Below, piece after piece: positions 11,532-26,272 of a stretch of 64,000 nucleotides of DNA; the first letter of the stretch is position 1; each line of letters begins with the position of its first letter. The notes under the pieces were generated by a model. The model made no database searches and was not told where the DNA came from. It was given only the letters and a program-made list of their open reading frames with translations. Made by a program: the position numbers and the translations under genes. The DNA lies in contig CM022678.1 of the NCBI GenBank assembly GCA_012295275.1, positions 19,158,001 through 19,222,000 of the forward strand, in the 5' to 3' direction. This DNA is from Chrysomallon squamiferum. Lineage: Eukaryota; Animalia; Mollusca.

Positions 11532-11700
11532 ATGACTACGAGAATAGAGCAAAGTACAACATCGATAGAAACAGATTTTGCCAGGATAAATATTGGTGGT
11601 GAGAAATATTAATCAGAATCTGTATTATGAAGCATGACGCATTGATGTTACCTTATTCCGGTTACTTTTATAAAAACGTTGTTATCTCTTTCACACACAC

Positions 11701-11735
<35 letters not shown>

Positions 11736-11780
11736 TATCTACATAAAAACACTAACAAACAACCACACACACACCTATTT

Positions 11781-11870
<90 letters not shown>

Positions 11871-13985
11871 CGGTTAAAAGAATATATCATCATTACTCCT
11901 CGTCAGTTTAATAAAAAAATAAAAGATCAAACATATTTTTAGAAAATATTTTTACTTCAGAAAACAGCTACGGATGATGACATTTCCCTTGAAAAGAGAC
12001 TGGAATCGTTTCCTCACTCCTTTCATCTTACAGATCTCATGTACTGCTCAAAACAGCATAGAGAAAAAGTTCTTGAAAAGTTACAACGAGAACAACAAGA
12101 AGAGAAACGCAGTTTGATGGAAAGAAATCGAGACAATTTTATTTCCTTCCTGCTGTTTTTGCTAGGAGATCGAGATATGGGAATCGAGATAAATTTAAAA
12201 GTCTGTCATCGAGACCCTAGAAACATTGTAGCTCGTGCAAACCGTGTGCGATTTCTGCAGAAAGAGGACGACCGTTCTGCTGAATCAGAATTAATCGAAC
12301 TGGAAAACCTGGAGGGAGACTTTGACAGAATGCGTGCTGTAGCTGAAGCTGAACTTGCTTATTGCTACGCTAGGATCTCGACTGCTTCTTATCCAAAGGC
12401 TCTGGAGTTGTACAGAAAAGTAAATGAAAAATATGAAGAATACCAATGGAAATTTGGAGAGGGTCTAACACTTAGGCGATCTCTGTCCGCTCAAAGTTAC
12501 TCAATTCAGTCAGGTGTGGATGTCGTTGAACTCGCTGTTAGATGCTGTAAACTGCTACAAGAAGTCAGCAGTAAAGGACCAGAACCATTGAATGCCATGG
12601 CGTATGCCGAGCTTGGGGATTTAGCGAAACGGCTTGAATTTGGATGGACTCCATTTGAAGAAACTGAGCTCGTAGAAGCGGTGCAACTACAAACTGAGCT
12701 GCTTTCACCTGAGAAATATTTCGAGAAAGCTCTTGATTTAGGCAAACACATCCCCTTTGTGCTTGCTAGGTGCGGTCAGCAATTGGGAAAAGTTCTTCTG
12801 GGAAAATGGAACCAAGAAAGGAACAGGACAACATTTGAGCGTGCGATCGATAATTTAAAACAGGCAGTTGAAATCACACACGGTGAAAATTTTGATGCGG
12901 GACTTGACTTGGCTTCCGCTTACATCACTAATAAATTCTTTGAAGCTGCTGAATCCGTCTTAAGAGATGTAATAGAAGGAGCGGAAAGTGATACCAATCC
13001 GTTCGAAAAGGTTTTTGCTATAAAGAAATTGTCTAATATCTGTTTTGAAAAAAGTAAAAATTTGAGACTTTCTCCAGGTGAACAGGGTCAGCTGAAGATA
13101 GAAGAAATAAACTACAAAATTCTTGCTATAGAAGCTTCTGCTTCAGAAGTGCTGTACAAATATCACACTCATTTTAGAACGGTAACTGATTTGCTGAAGC
13201 AAACGGATGGTCCACGTGGAGTAGAAATACCGTGGGAAGTTAAAAGGTCTACAGTATGATCAGAAAATTCGCATCTTCTCTACCGATTGATGAGAAGATT
13301 CAAAACCGAAATGTGGGTTCGGAGGACTGGATTGGAATTACAGAGAAATATCTCAATCGAGAAGAATACCAAAAGGCCAGACTTTGTGTAAGTCTGCTGC
13401 AGGGTACACAAAAAGCTGATTATATTCCTTTTTCTCTTGTCAATAGAGTTTACCTGAAAACAGCAGAGCACACTTTATCAAGAGGCCAGTCTCCGAGTAA
13501 AGCTTGGTCTTGTTTCAGAAGGATTTTTACGTTCTATTAGAAAACAAACAAAGAAGATGAAATAAACGGTGCTGATATCATGATTCTGCATGACAAAGAC
13601 GACGGGGAAATATCTCAGATTTCAGTGAAGATTCAAAAAATTCAAGAAAACTATACCGGTCTAAAAATCACAAGAAATGATGAACTTGCCTTTGTGGAAA
13701 TGGATGATATCTCTTTTTACTAACAACTGATGCCTCTTATTCGATGCGTTGTTGTAGTTGTTAATTCGGATACGCCAAGCGCACACTGGAAACAGGTTAT
13801 TGATTTGGCAATAGCAACTGCTACGAAAAATGAGAAGATGATGATTGTGTGCTTGAAATCCGGAGAGACTCACCGTGTGACTGAACTGAATGATTTCAAA
13901 ACAGGAAAAACTCCACCAGACGAAGCAGACGAAAAAGCTGCTGAAAACCTTTCCGCTTCTTGTTAACGCTGACGTCAATTTGTAA
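11532..13985 (+). pseudogene. Copy B: disrupted TPR-TIR paralog
   Basis: Exon 1 is 11532-11598 (MTTRIEQSTTSIETDFARINIG, donor gtgag) and exon 2 starts at about 11968. Lesions: in-frame loss of one TPR segment (CG-QQLGK), 1-nt frameshift at about 13245, stops at 13538-13540 and about 13721, and a deletion near the C-terminus. Confidence 0.88.
11784..11867. repeat. (GA)n microsatellite in the intron of copy B
   Basis: Directly visible. The equivalent (CT)n at 61083-61172 lies in the intron of copy I. Confidence 0.95.
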
Positions 13986-14401
13986 ATTTGGGAATTTACA
14001 AATCCGAACAAGAATTTGAAATGAACTGCATGGATTTTTTAACTTTAGAAACCAAACTATACTACCATTACTAGTAATAATAATAATAATAGTTATATGA
14101 AGTCAAAAACAACGACAACAACAACAATAACACTAATAATTATAGTTATATCAGGAACCCTACTCCAAATTTGTGTTATCTAAAGCTTTAGAAGGACGCT
14201 ATGAAAACCACTGCTTCTCTCTAATATGATATGATATGATATACATGCATACGAGCGTACATTAATATATATATATGTATATATATAATATTGTGTTTGT
14301 GTCTTCTTATCTATCTATATATCTATGTATAGTTATTCTAGGAATAAAATGTTATATCTATTTCTGTTGGTTTTTCTCGTGTGTTTTTTTTGTGTATATG
14401 G

Positions 14402-14436
<35 letters not shown>

Positions 14437-16801
14437 TGGGTGTGTGAATGCGTTTGTGTGTAAATTTTGTCTACAAGCGATAACATCTTTTTAATACGAA
14501 TGGTTTTTGATATGTTTGTAATTTAGAACTGGAAGTGTAAGCCGAGTAAATTCAAATTGTTTTTGTTTGAAGAGCTTTGTGTGAACTTACATTCATCAGG
14601 TGATTGTTGGTTCTTTCTTGATTGCATCGATATTTTTTTTATTTAATATTAGTATTGTTATTCTTTCTGTATAAACTATAGTCAATTTCAAGGCTTCACT
14701 CTTTATTTTTATAAATACGTATTATTAGTTATATATAAATATGTCTGTATGCATTTTTTTAAAATTCCTTTCAATTTTACAGCTTGGTGAAATCAGCTTT
14801 ATCAAACAGCAAGAACAATCAACGGGTATATCTGTATACACCAGTATTTTGGAATAATACTTCTAGTTGCCACTAACATTATTGATCCATCTAGTGCGTG
14901 TTACTTTCCCTACCCGTTTATTTGAAACATTCAGAGTCCAGTCTTATTATAGAGAGTGGACATGCAGATACTGTAAGTGCAATGAAAACATAAATTGTGA
15001 TAAGTTCAAATGTTTACTTCCTGGAGACTGAAGATCGGCATAATTGGCACGGAAATCGTACAATAAAATCTAACAAAATAAAACAAAAACAGTGAAAATA
15101 AGTAAAGATATCACAGGCTCAAATTGAAAATTACAAAATATAAACATATAAACAATTCATCTGTAACTAGTACAAGTCAGAATTACTGAGATGTTGAATA
15201 CGTAATAATAGATTAGGTTACAGTACGAGCAGCAGCCTTTGATACGACACACGTGCTATTCTGTTAGGCTCTCGAAACCACGATCTACACACAAAGAAAG
15301 GGCGATAAAGTTCAAGTAATACACATAAATGTACGTAAACCAGATTACATTAGAGAGGATCGGAACGTGCAAAGTCTTTAACGTATCCAGTTCATTAAGC
15401 TATTCACATATATAAAGACAGAAATATACATTTGAATTATCTCATATTGATAATAAGGAAACGCCAGACATTAATAAATAAACGGTACTAATTGAAATAT
15501 CTTTAAAATTTGGCAAACAAATATTTTTTTCCAAAGTTAATACTGAAGATTGTACCTGTGTTCGGGTGTAACATGTACGTTTACTATTATCAGAAATACT
15601 GGGTGACATGTTATATATCGGTATCAAAGCAACTAGTTAGCCATACGTTTTGTCCCAGGTGCGAATAATGGTGTGATGGTAAACTACTTAACACTGAGTG
15701 ATCGTGTTTCAGTGTATTTGACAATAAAACATATTAAGAATTTTAACACTGCCTGACATATACTGGCAAATAAACAAAGGTGTACTTTGTACGTGAATAC
15801 TTCAATGTGCGTGACTGATTTTTGTTTTTATTTCGAATTTAACTTCTCAGAGAATCAGCGCTACATTTAAACGTACCCGACCTAAGTTGTTGAAGTCCTG
15901 AAAGCCATGTTTGACATGAAATGAAATATACTGGAGCTGATTAGAAAATATATTTTAATCCTGTGCATGCTATTTACAACGTATCCGCAAAAAGAAAAAA
16001 AATGAAGACGCAAGTAGTTTTGACGGATATGATCTCCGGAAGCTGAAAGTAAAACAAAATGTCGATATTACGAACCACGTTTAATTTCCATATTAGGAAC
16101 GAATATACAGCCTGCATCCTTCCAAATAACTCACTCTTGAGTAGCCACAACATCTTTGTAAATGTGTAAATATGTAATACGGGCATACAGTCATTATTGT
16201 GTTTATACTGTTGTCTTGCGATAATGCTATAACCGTATTTTTTTTGACAAAAATCATTGCTTATAGGGCTTTTATTGTTGTTGTTGTTGTTGTTATTGTT
16301 ATTATTATTATTGTTGTTGTTTTGTTGTTGCTGTTGTTTTTGTTCTTGTTATTTTTAGCCGTGGTAAACCTCCGTGCAATTGAAAACCACGCAATAATCC
16401 ACCCCTGAAACGAAATCTGAACAAGGAACATACTTCATACAGAGAGACGGGTGGACCTTTAATTTGACCTGAATAAGAACAATTCCAACAGTTTATTCAA
16501 GTAATCACAAACACCCAGTGTTTATCTTATTCCTTTTCTAACTGCACGAAAATTAGTCATATGTACTTACAGTTTGTTTTATCACGTTCGCGAAACAGCT
16601 AAGTCTAATAAGCTTTCAAAGTTACCATTAAACTATAAATATACATGGTCATTGTATTGACATGCACTATTATCAAAAATGTGCAAACGAAAGAACACAT
16701 TCAAAATTCTGCATAGCACAAAAGAAAGAATTTTACGAAATTTGATTCTAAGATTTGTTTCAACCAGTAAAATTTGGATTTCATAATAAATGTTGGAATT
16801 A

Positions 16802-16856
<55 letters not shown>

Positions 16857-16949
16857 TAAAAAATAAAATTAAAAATTAAAATTAAATTAAGAAGGCGTCA
16901 TGATCAGACCAATCACGAGTTCCACATAAAATGTATTTGTTTAAATTTA

Positions 16950-17620
16950 AAAATGTTAATTATAATATAGTATAGTATAATATAATATATGTTTTTGTAT
17001 ATCTGTGTGTCTATATCTATATGCAAAGTAATTCTACTTGAATAAAATGCTGATTTAGAGAATCCTTTACTGTTTTTATTGTTTTGTCTGTAATTGTGGC
17101 TCCAGGTCAGTGAATTCTTTCACTGATAAAATCTTTGTATGTGAATAGTTTTGGGTAATTTTGTAATTTAGAGTTGGAGGAGTTAGAAGTCTTATTTTTA
17201 TATAAACAGCTTTGTGTGAGGTTAGTGTCATCATGTGAAATGTCTACACCAACCCTTTGACTTTTTCAGCTTCAATTACTTTATAATAATAATAATAATA
17301 ATAATAACAACAACAACAACAACAACAACAACAATAATTCATAATAATAATAATAGTAATAATAACAATAATAATAGCAACAACAATAAAAATTCATAAT
17401 AATAATAGTAGTAGTAATAATAGTAATAATAATATAACGAAGAAGAAATAGAAAACAACAATAAAATTGACAACAACAAGGACCAGAACGGCAACAAGAA
17501 CAATAAAATGTAAGACAGTTACTACCATTATATACTGACATGAACAAAAGAAGAAGAATCTGGTGAAAATGAATTTAATTTAAAATTGAAAATAAAATTT
17601 CATATTTCAATTTCTTTCTA

Positions 17621-17700
<80 letters not shown>

Positions 17701-18090
17701 CATAACAATAACAACAATAACAACAATAATAAAATATATTATTAAAAAAATATAAAACTAATAATAGAAATAGAAATATCACATGATCAGTTTGATCTGG
17801 AAAAAGACAAGAACGGCAACAAAAACAATAAAATGTAAGACAATTACTACCATTATATAATGACACGAACAAAGGAAGGATAATCAGATGAAAATGAATT
17901 TAATTTAAATTGAAAAAAATCATATTTAAATTTCTTTCTAATTAATAATAATAATAATAGTAATAATAATCATGATAATAATAATGATAAAATATATAAT
18001 TTCTACTATTACATATTGACATAAACAAAGGAAGAATAATAAGGTGAAAATGAATTTAATTTAAATTTTAAATTAGTTTTCATATTTAAA
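16950..18090 (+). repeat. Orphan 3'-flank fragment of the gene unit, followed by a tandemly amplified AAT-rich block
   Basis: About 16980-17560 matches the 3' flank of E (about 33070-33650) with no CDS in front. The block ...gtgaaaatgaatttaatttaaa recurs at about 17562, 17888 and 18043. Confidence 0.7.
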
Positions 18091-18100
18091 TTTGTTTTTA

Positions 18101-18131
<31 letters not shown>

Positions 18132-18739
18132 GTAATAATAATAATTATTATTATTATTATTATTATAGCAATAACAATAACAACAATAATAAAATATATT
18201 ATTATAAAAATATAAAACTTAAGAAAAACCCAGTATTTTATTGTTTTAGCAATTTGATTATAAAATGTCCGGGCATGATAACCTAAGAAGCAAGTACATA
18301 TTATAAGGAGGTGTTGTCGTGAATGTGTTTATACTGTTGTCAGGAGAAGAGGTCATACACACCTTATATAGATTGTTTATCTACTCTTACTGTGTTGACT
18401 GTTCTAATTTCAATATAGAAAGTAGACACCTGATTTATATTACATTGAAAAACTAAAGCTATCACAATTACTTAAACAATAATAAACAAATAAATCAAGT
18501 TTTACAGATATATGAGGCAAACATTTGTTTATTACTATAATAATTATTATTTTATTTTATTTTTTATTTTTTTGGATTTTTTTGTTTTGGATTTTAAGAT
18601 GAGGATCCAATTGATTTCGCTGAATAGTGGCTGACTCAGACTATGCTAAACATGCTAAACACTACATATCTTTGATTCCTGAAAATAATACAAAAAGAAA
18701 GAAAAAAAATCTACTAACAAATATTTCTTATATCTTCTG

Positions 18740-18860
18740 GGTCTGTTCACTCGCTATATTTATCGCAGATCTCAGTGACCTAATTTCATACACGTGTTTC
18801 TGTTTCTATGCTGTTATATATCGGCTGATAAGTGCGCTATGTTTACGTCACGTAGGCTGA
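18740..18860 (+). promoter_or_regulatory. Conserved upstream block with IRF-like GTTTCTGTTTC (18796-18806), copy C
   Basis: ctcgctat...cagtgacctaatttca...gtttctgtttct...ttata.atcggctgata, homologous to about 5500-5580. Confidence 0.45.
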
Positions 18861-19513
18861 TAAATGTAAAGAAGAGTACGGAGCTGTTGGGAATACCCAG
18901 GTAAAAGCTAGACATACTTCATTTGTTTATTTATTTATTATTCATTTTGTTACTGAAAAATAATAATAAAATAAAATAAAAAATGTAATTTTCTTCTTCT
19001 TCTCATTAGTTTAAAAAAAAAAAATTCTCGATGGCTTTTGCAAACGTAAGGTTTCAAATAATAATAATAATAATAATATTAATAATAATATTAATAATAA
19101 CGCTTTCACAAATGTGACATGAAATACATAATTTAATGTTATTGTTTTTGTGAGTGTGTGCGTTCGTATGTGTGTATTTATATTCTACCTAATTTATTTA
19201 TTTATTTATTATCCTTTTATCTTATAGAAAAAAAACATTCCTTTTCTTCTTATTTTTCTTTTTCTTTTTGTTTTTCTGTCCTTTCCAAAAGTATGGTTTC
19301 AAATAACAATAACAATAACAACAACAACAACAACAACAACAATAATAACAACAATAACAATAATAATAATAATAAGAAGAAAACTAATGACTCAGAGCAG
19401 ACAGATTTTTGTTAGGCCAAGAGAAATGTACAATTGAGCCAAAACATACAAACTGAAATCTACACAAAAAAAAAACACAACTACAGACACACAGACACAC
19501 TTATATAAAACGA

Positions 19514-19527
19514 CAGAGAGAGAAAGA

Positions 19528-19612
<85 letters not shown>
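19514..19612. repeat. (GA)n microsatellite
   Basis: Directly visible, at the position of the intronic GA tract of other copies. Confidence 0.95.
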
Positions 19613-19616
<4 letters not shown>

Positions 19617-19792
19617 CATATTTTTTGAAAATATCTTTTTTCAGTGAACGTTCCTTCACCAATTTTTTTATTATATGTCATTAAAATATAATAATAATAA
19701 AAAAGTAAAACTTTCTTATATCCAATTTTAGTAATCAGTTATTATTTTCGCCGATATTCCTTGATTATCGCCGATTTTCTGATTTATTGTTA

Positions 19793-19825
<33 letters not shown>

Positions 19826-19827
<2 letters not shown>

Positions 19828-20368
19828 GTTACCTGAATAGTGCAAGAACATATCTTATCAACAGGCAAGTCAACTAGTAAAGTTTGGTCTTTTTTCCGAA
19901 GGATTTTCACGTTCTATTACAAAACGAACAAAGAAGATGAAACAAATAATGCTGCTGATATCATGATTCTCCGTGACAAAGACGACTGCAATACATCACA
20001 CATTACAATGAAGATTGAGGAAAATCGGGAAAAAAATGCTGTTCTCGAAGTCACGAGAAATGATGACCTTGCGTTTGATGCAGCGGATAAAATGTGTTCT
20101 TTTAAACACATAATGCCTCTTACTCGATGCATTGTTGTTGTTGTTAATTCCGATACGCCAAACACACACTGGAAACAGGTCTTTGATTTGGCGATAGCCA
20201 GTGCTACAAAAAAGTGAGAAGATGATGGTTGTATGCTTGAAATCAGTAGAGACTCACCAAGTCACGGAACTGAGTGGTTTCTAAACAGGACATGCAGAAA
20301 AGAAAACTGAAGTACTCTGGCTATTGGAAACGTTTCCACTTCTTGTTAATGGTGATGTCAGTTTGTAA
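19826..20368 (+). pseudogene. Copy C: 5'-truncated relic retaining only the TIR-like region
   Basis: Encodes RRIFTFYYKTNKEDE..ADIMILRDKDD...RCIVVVVNSDTPNTHWKQV. Frameshift and stop at about 20215. Homology begins immediately after an A26 run at 19800-19825. Confidence 0.88.
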
Positions 20369-21803
20369 ATTGACAAAGGACTGACAAGAATGTGAAGAGA
20401 ACTGATAAGTCTAAAAGGTGTAAGAAGAATTTCTCATTTCTAATTTTTATAAACCAATGTAGTATTAGTAGTATAAGTAGTAGTAATAGTAGTGGTTGTA
20501 ATAGTAGCAGTAGTTTTAGTAGTAGTTGTTGTTGTTACTGTAGTTGTATCTGTTATAGTAGTTACAAAAGTAGTAATAATAATAGCACAATTCCACAAGA
20601 AATAACCTAGCCAGTTCATTAAGCTATTAACATACATAAAAGTAGAAACAAATATTTAAATTATCTCATATTAATAATAAGTAAATAACCCCGAGGTTAA
20701 CTTCAATAAATAAACAGTACCTCAGGAAATATATTTTGTTAATAAAGAAATGTTGCCAAGGTTAATATTAATTATTGATATCTGTCTTTAGAGCACAAAA
20801 GTACGTTTACAAAACTTCACTGGTAAATTTGTTCTGTGAAAAGAAATACTATGTGATGTGAATAGTCATATATCCATACTGAAAGATTTAGCTAATCAAT
20901 AATTTTTTATGATTTATATCTATTAGGTAGCTGATCGTAGATTCTAAATAGACTGGCTAACGAATCACGCACGAATATTTTCCTAAGATCATGATGATCA
21001 CGTGACTACAATAATACCGCAGTCTGGTCACTCGACACTCAGGTCAACTCGACATGTCGGTAATAAAATGACTTCATAAAGGAAGAATTTGTCAAGTTAA
21101 ATAAGTAAACACAGATAAGACAAGAAATAAATTATGAATTTCTTTAGTAGCATTTTGAGTTCCCTTGACAATAAAACATGTTTAGAATTTTAATACCGTG
21201 AGACATATACTGACAAATAAACAAAGGTGTACATTGTACGTGCATCGTTCAATGTGGATTCGTTTGGAATTTAACTTGTGAGAGAATCAGTGCTACGTTT
21301 AGACGTATCTGGACCTAAGCAGTTAAAGTCTTGAAAGTCATCTTTGATGTGAAATGAAATACGTCTTGATAACGATAACACTTGTTACGGAGAGACGGGT
21401 GGACCTTTAGTTTGGATTCAATAAAAAAAAAACCACAAATACAAACTAACACCAATAGTTTATTCTAGTGTACATCAACACCTAATGTTCATCTTTTTAT
21501 TTTTCTAACTGCAAGAAAATTAGTCATATGTACTTTCAGTTTGTTTAACCACGTTCGCGAAATAACTAAATTTAATGAACGTATAAAGTTCCTATAAAAT
21601 ATTAATTTGATAGATGGATAATGTATTGGTATATATTGTTATAAAAGGCGCAAACGAAACAACACACTAAAAATGCTCCTCAGCTCATAACAAAGAAATT
21701 ACGTGACTGGCTCGTAAGGTTTGTTAAGACCAGCTAGAATCGGATGACACAAATATAATTTTCTTCGACGCTGGAATTGAGTAATAAAACTAGTAATAGT
21801 AGC

Positions 21804-21850
<47 letters not shown>

Positions 21851-22539
21851 GTAATAGTAATAATAACAATAAGAAGAAGAAGAAGAATCAGGCGACATAC
21901 CTTTTATAGCTTTTAGTCTGATTACCTAGTTTCACCCTACTGATTCTTGAAATTTCAGTAATGAAAGTTGACGGCTGATTATATATATATATATATGTAT
22001 ACACACACACACACACACACACAAACACACACATAAACCTGAAAGTACAAACATATATACATAAACATATCTATATCTATAATTAAATTATTAAGTAATT
22101 CAAAAAAATTATATATTTATGTGGAAATCTGATCTCAAGACCTTTCTAATTTTACCGTCCTGTATAAAGAAAGAAATAATAAAAATAAATAGAAATAAAA
22201 TTAGGAAGGTCTTGAGATCAGACTCATCTCCATTTCCACATAAATATATAATTTTTTTGAAATACTAATAATTAAAGTTTAATATTTAAAGCTTCACATA
22301 TTCTGTCACAAGAACTCAGTATTTTATTGTATTAGTACTTTAATAATAAAATGAACTTTGTCCGGGCAAGATAAACTATAAAGCACATAGATATAACAAG
22401 GAGGTGTGGCCATGAATGCGTTTAGATTGTTGTCATGCCGCAGGTTCATAATATTACCGTATTAGGTGACATCACTAATGTAGCTTTCACATTTTATTGT
22501 ACCGATTCTTGGAATTCCAATAAGGAAAGTAGACACCTG

Positions 22540-22588
<49 letters not shown>

Positions 22589-22629
22589 ACTGAAAAGGTA
22601 AAGCTATCATAATTTTTGACTGTTCATTC

Positions 22630-22672
22630 GAGAGTAAGGACCATACAGCGATAACGTGTAAGTTTGATTTAG
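22630..22672 (+). promoter_or_regulatory. Candidate non-coding exon and GTAAGT donor (22658-22663) upstream of copy D
   Basis: gagagtaaggaccatacagcgataacgt|gtaagtttgattt, homologous to 5011-5045. Confidence 0.45.
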
Positions 22673-23158
22673 CATTTGTTATTACTGTATATTTAAGTAA
22701 TATTTAAATCATTACTTGTACATTAAAATATAAAATTCATTCATGAATTATCTAGTGATATATGTAAATTATAACTACCACGAAATGGAATAACCAAACA
22801 CACAAGAACCCGATGACACAACACATTGTAAAATTTCAGCTTAGTTCAGAAATAATAGGAGCACGTAAATCGATGCGAATGTTTAATGAAACCAGTAGGA
22901 TTTTGATATCGTAATTAAACGACACGACTGGAATGTGTTAGGACTTTCAGTTAGGACTGTCACGCGAATATACACACAAACACAAGCGAATACACATACA
23001 CACACACACAAAATGTGTGTTAGTATAAATAACATAAATATACAAGACAAGCAATTAAATTTTCTCCAAATTTTAATCTATGCATCTAGCAGTGGGTTTT
23101 AGATCCTTAGGGTCGACGCCTTAGGGTCATTTTCATACCCTTGAAGCATTTGCATCCG

Positions 23159-23202
<44 letters not shown>

Positions 23203-23322
23203 TATTTGTTTGTTTATTTATTTATTTATTTATTATAATAATTAAAAGAAAAGAGAAATTATTATTAAGAAAAATATAATTATTTATTTCTTATTCTTTA
23301 ATTTTCCAGGTATATGATTTAA

Positions 23323-23397
<75 letters not shown>

Positions 23398-23510
23398 AAG
23401 AAGAAGAAGAAGAAGAAGAAGAAGAAGAATAAGAAGAAGAAGGTGAAGAAGAAGAAGAAGAAGAACAAGAAGAGGAAGAAGAAGAAGACGAAGAAGTACA
23501 AGAACAAGAA
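23323..23510. repeat. (AAT)n(AAG)n compound microsatellite
   Basis: Directly visible. Confidence 0.95.
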
Positions 23511-23600
23511 GTGACTGACTTTGGTTACTCCTAGAGATAAGTACAATGGAGAAGCAAAAAGGAATATTAATCAAATATTTTGTAACTTTATTTTAGGACG

Positions 23601-26070
23601 ATGGCTGCGAAAGCAGAACAAAGCACAGCATCATTACGTAAGGATTTTGCAAGGATAAAAATTGGTAAGAAATACTAGTTACATACCATCTTCAGCTGTC
23701 ACTCTTCTGCTTCTTTTTATAAATGCGATATTCAGTAAACAAACATTTTCTGATTTATTAGCTCTAACCTTTAAAAAAAAAAAAAAAATGACAATAAGAC
23801 GAAAAAAAAGAAGACAAAAAAAGCAAAACAGACAGACAAACGCAGAAAAGAGAAGAAAAATTAGCACTTCATATTTGTAAGTTCACACTTTTTTCCATTG
23901 GCATTGCTTCGCCAACTACTAATTACTTATATTTTACTCTTTAGATGCAGATGAGGACATTCTCTTCGAAAAGAGACTGGAATCGTTTCCTCACTCCTTT
24001 CATCTTACAGATCTCATGTTCTGCTCAAAACAGCGAAGACAAAAAATACTTGAACTATTACAACGAGAACATGAACAAGTGAAACGAAGTTTGATGAACA
24101 CAAATCGAGACGACAACTTTATTTCTTTCTTGCACTTTTTACTAGGAGATCGAGACAAGGCAAAGGAGATAAATTCAGAAGTCCGTCGTCGTGACCCTAC
24201 TAACATTGTAGCTCGTGCAAACCGTGTGCGATTTCTGCAGAAAGAGGATAAGCGTTCTGCTGAATCAGAATTAATCGAACTGGAAAACCTGGAGGGAGAT
24301 TTTGACAGAATGCGTGCTGTAGCTGAAGCTGAACTTGCTTTTTGCTACGCTAGGATGTCGCCAGCTTCTTATCCAAAGGCAATGACGTTGTACAGAAAAG
24401 TAAATCAGAACTATCCGGAAGAATACGAATGGAAATTTGGAGAGGGTATTACACTTAGACGATCTCTATCTATTCAAAGCTATTCAATTCAGTCTGGTGT
24501 CGATATTGTTGAATGCACTGTTAGATGCTGTAAACTGCTACAACGAGTCAGCAGTAAGGGACCAGAACCACTGAATGCCATGGCGTTTGCCGAGCTTGGG
24601 GAATTAGCAAAACTCTTTGAATTTGGATGGACGCAACTTGAAGACAAAAAGCTGGTAGAAGAGGTGCACCAAGAAACTGGACTGCTTTCGCGTGGGGAAT
24701 ATTGCCAGAAAGCTCTTGATTTAGGCAAAGAGGACCCTTTTATACTTGTAAGGTGCGCTAACAATTTTCCAAAAAAACAGCAACTGGATGAGGCTGAGAG
24801 AATATTAGAAAAGTCGGTTAGTCGTAGGCGAACAACAAAAGCTCTTCATCAGCTGGGAAAGGTTCTGCGGAAAAAAGCGAAACTAGAAAACAGCACGAGA
24901 ATATTAGATCGTGCCATTGACTGTCTAAAGGAGGCGGTTCGAATAACGCAAAGCGAAAATTATGCTGCAGTATTTGACTTGGCTTTAGCTTACATGAGTA
25001 AAAAGTTCTACGAAGATGCTGAACTTCACTTCAAAATTGTAACAGATACAGCCCGTATTAATACCGAACCATTCACAGAAATTATCGCATTGAAATATAT
25101 GAGTTTTATCTATTTTGATAAAGGTAAAAATTGGAGACTTTCTCCTGAGGAACAGGCTCGGCTGAAGAAAGAAGATATGAAATACAAAATTCTTGCTCTA
25201 GAAGCTTCTGCAACAGAAGTGCTGTACAAATATCGAACTCATTTTAGAACGGTGACAGATTTGCTGAAGCAAACGGATGGTCCACATGGAGTAGAAATAC
25301 CGTGGCAAGTTAAAAATGTCTACTCTATGATCAATAAATTCGCACGATCTCTTCCGATTTATGAGAAGATTCAGAACCGAAATCTGGGATCACAAGACTG
25401 GATTGGAATTACAGAGGAATATCTCAATCAACAAAAATACGAAAATGCCAGACTGTGTGTAAGTCTGCTGATGGGTACGCAACAAGCTGATTATATTCCT
25501 TTCTCTCTCATCAGTCGAATTTATCTGAAAACAGCAGAGCATATGTCATCAAGAGGCGAGTCACCGGGTAAAGCTTGGCCTTGTTTCAGAAGGATTTTTA
25601 CATTCTATTACAAAACTAACAAACAAGATGAAATAAATGGTGCTGACGTCATGATTCTCGATGTCAAAGATGACTGGAAAACATCTCAGATTTCCATAAA
25701 AATTCAGGAAATTCTGCAAAATTATACCGGTCTGAAAGTCACAAGAAATGATGACCTTGCGTTTGAAGGAATGAATGAAATCTCTTTCTACGAACAAGTG
25801 ATGCCTCTCATTCGATGCATTGTCGTAGTTGTTAATTCCGTCCCTCCAAACACACACTGGAAACAGGTGATTGATTTGGCAATAGTAACTGCTACGAAGA
25901 ATGAGAAGATGATGATTGTATGCTTGAAATCAGGAGAGACTCACCAAGTCACTGAACTGAATGATTTCAAAACAGGAAAAACTCCGCCAGACGATGCAGA
26001 CGACAAAAATGCTGTGTACTGGCTTTTCGAAACTTTTCCACTTCTTGTTGATGGTGACGTCAATTTGTAA
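23601..26070 (+). CDS. Copy D: IFIT/TTC22-like TPR-TIR protein, intact, about 729 aa, join(23601..23664,23945..26070)
   Basis: Exon 1 encodes MAAKAEQSTASLRKDFARIKI and ends G|gtaag. The acceptor ctctttag|at is in frame with the 684-aa ORF, with an alternative in-frame AG at 23950. No stops. Confidence 0.85.
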
Positions 26071-26207
26071 ATTTGATACTTTACAGATCTTGACAAGAAA
26101 TTTAATTGAACTGTATGGATTGTTCGACTTTATTCATCAAAATAATAATAATAATAATAACAATAACAATAACAATAACAATAACAATAACAATAACAAT
26201 AATGATG

Positions 26208-26272
<65 letters not shown>

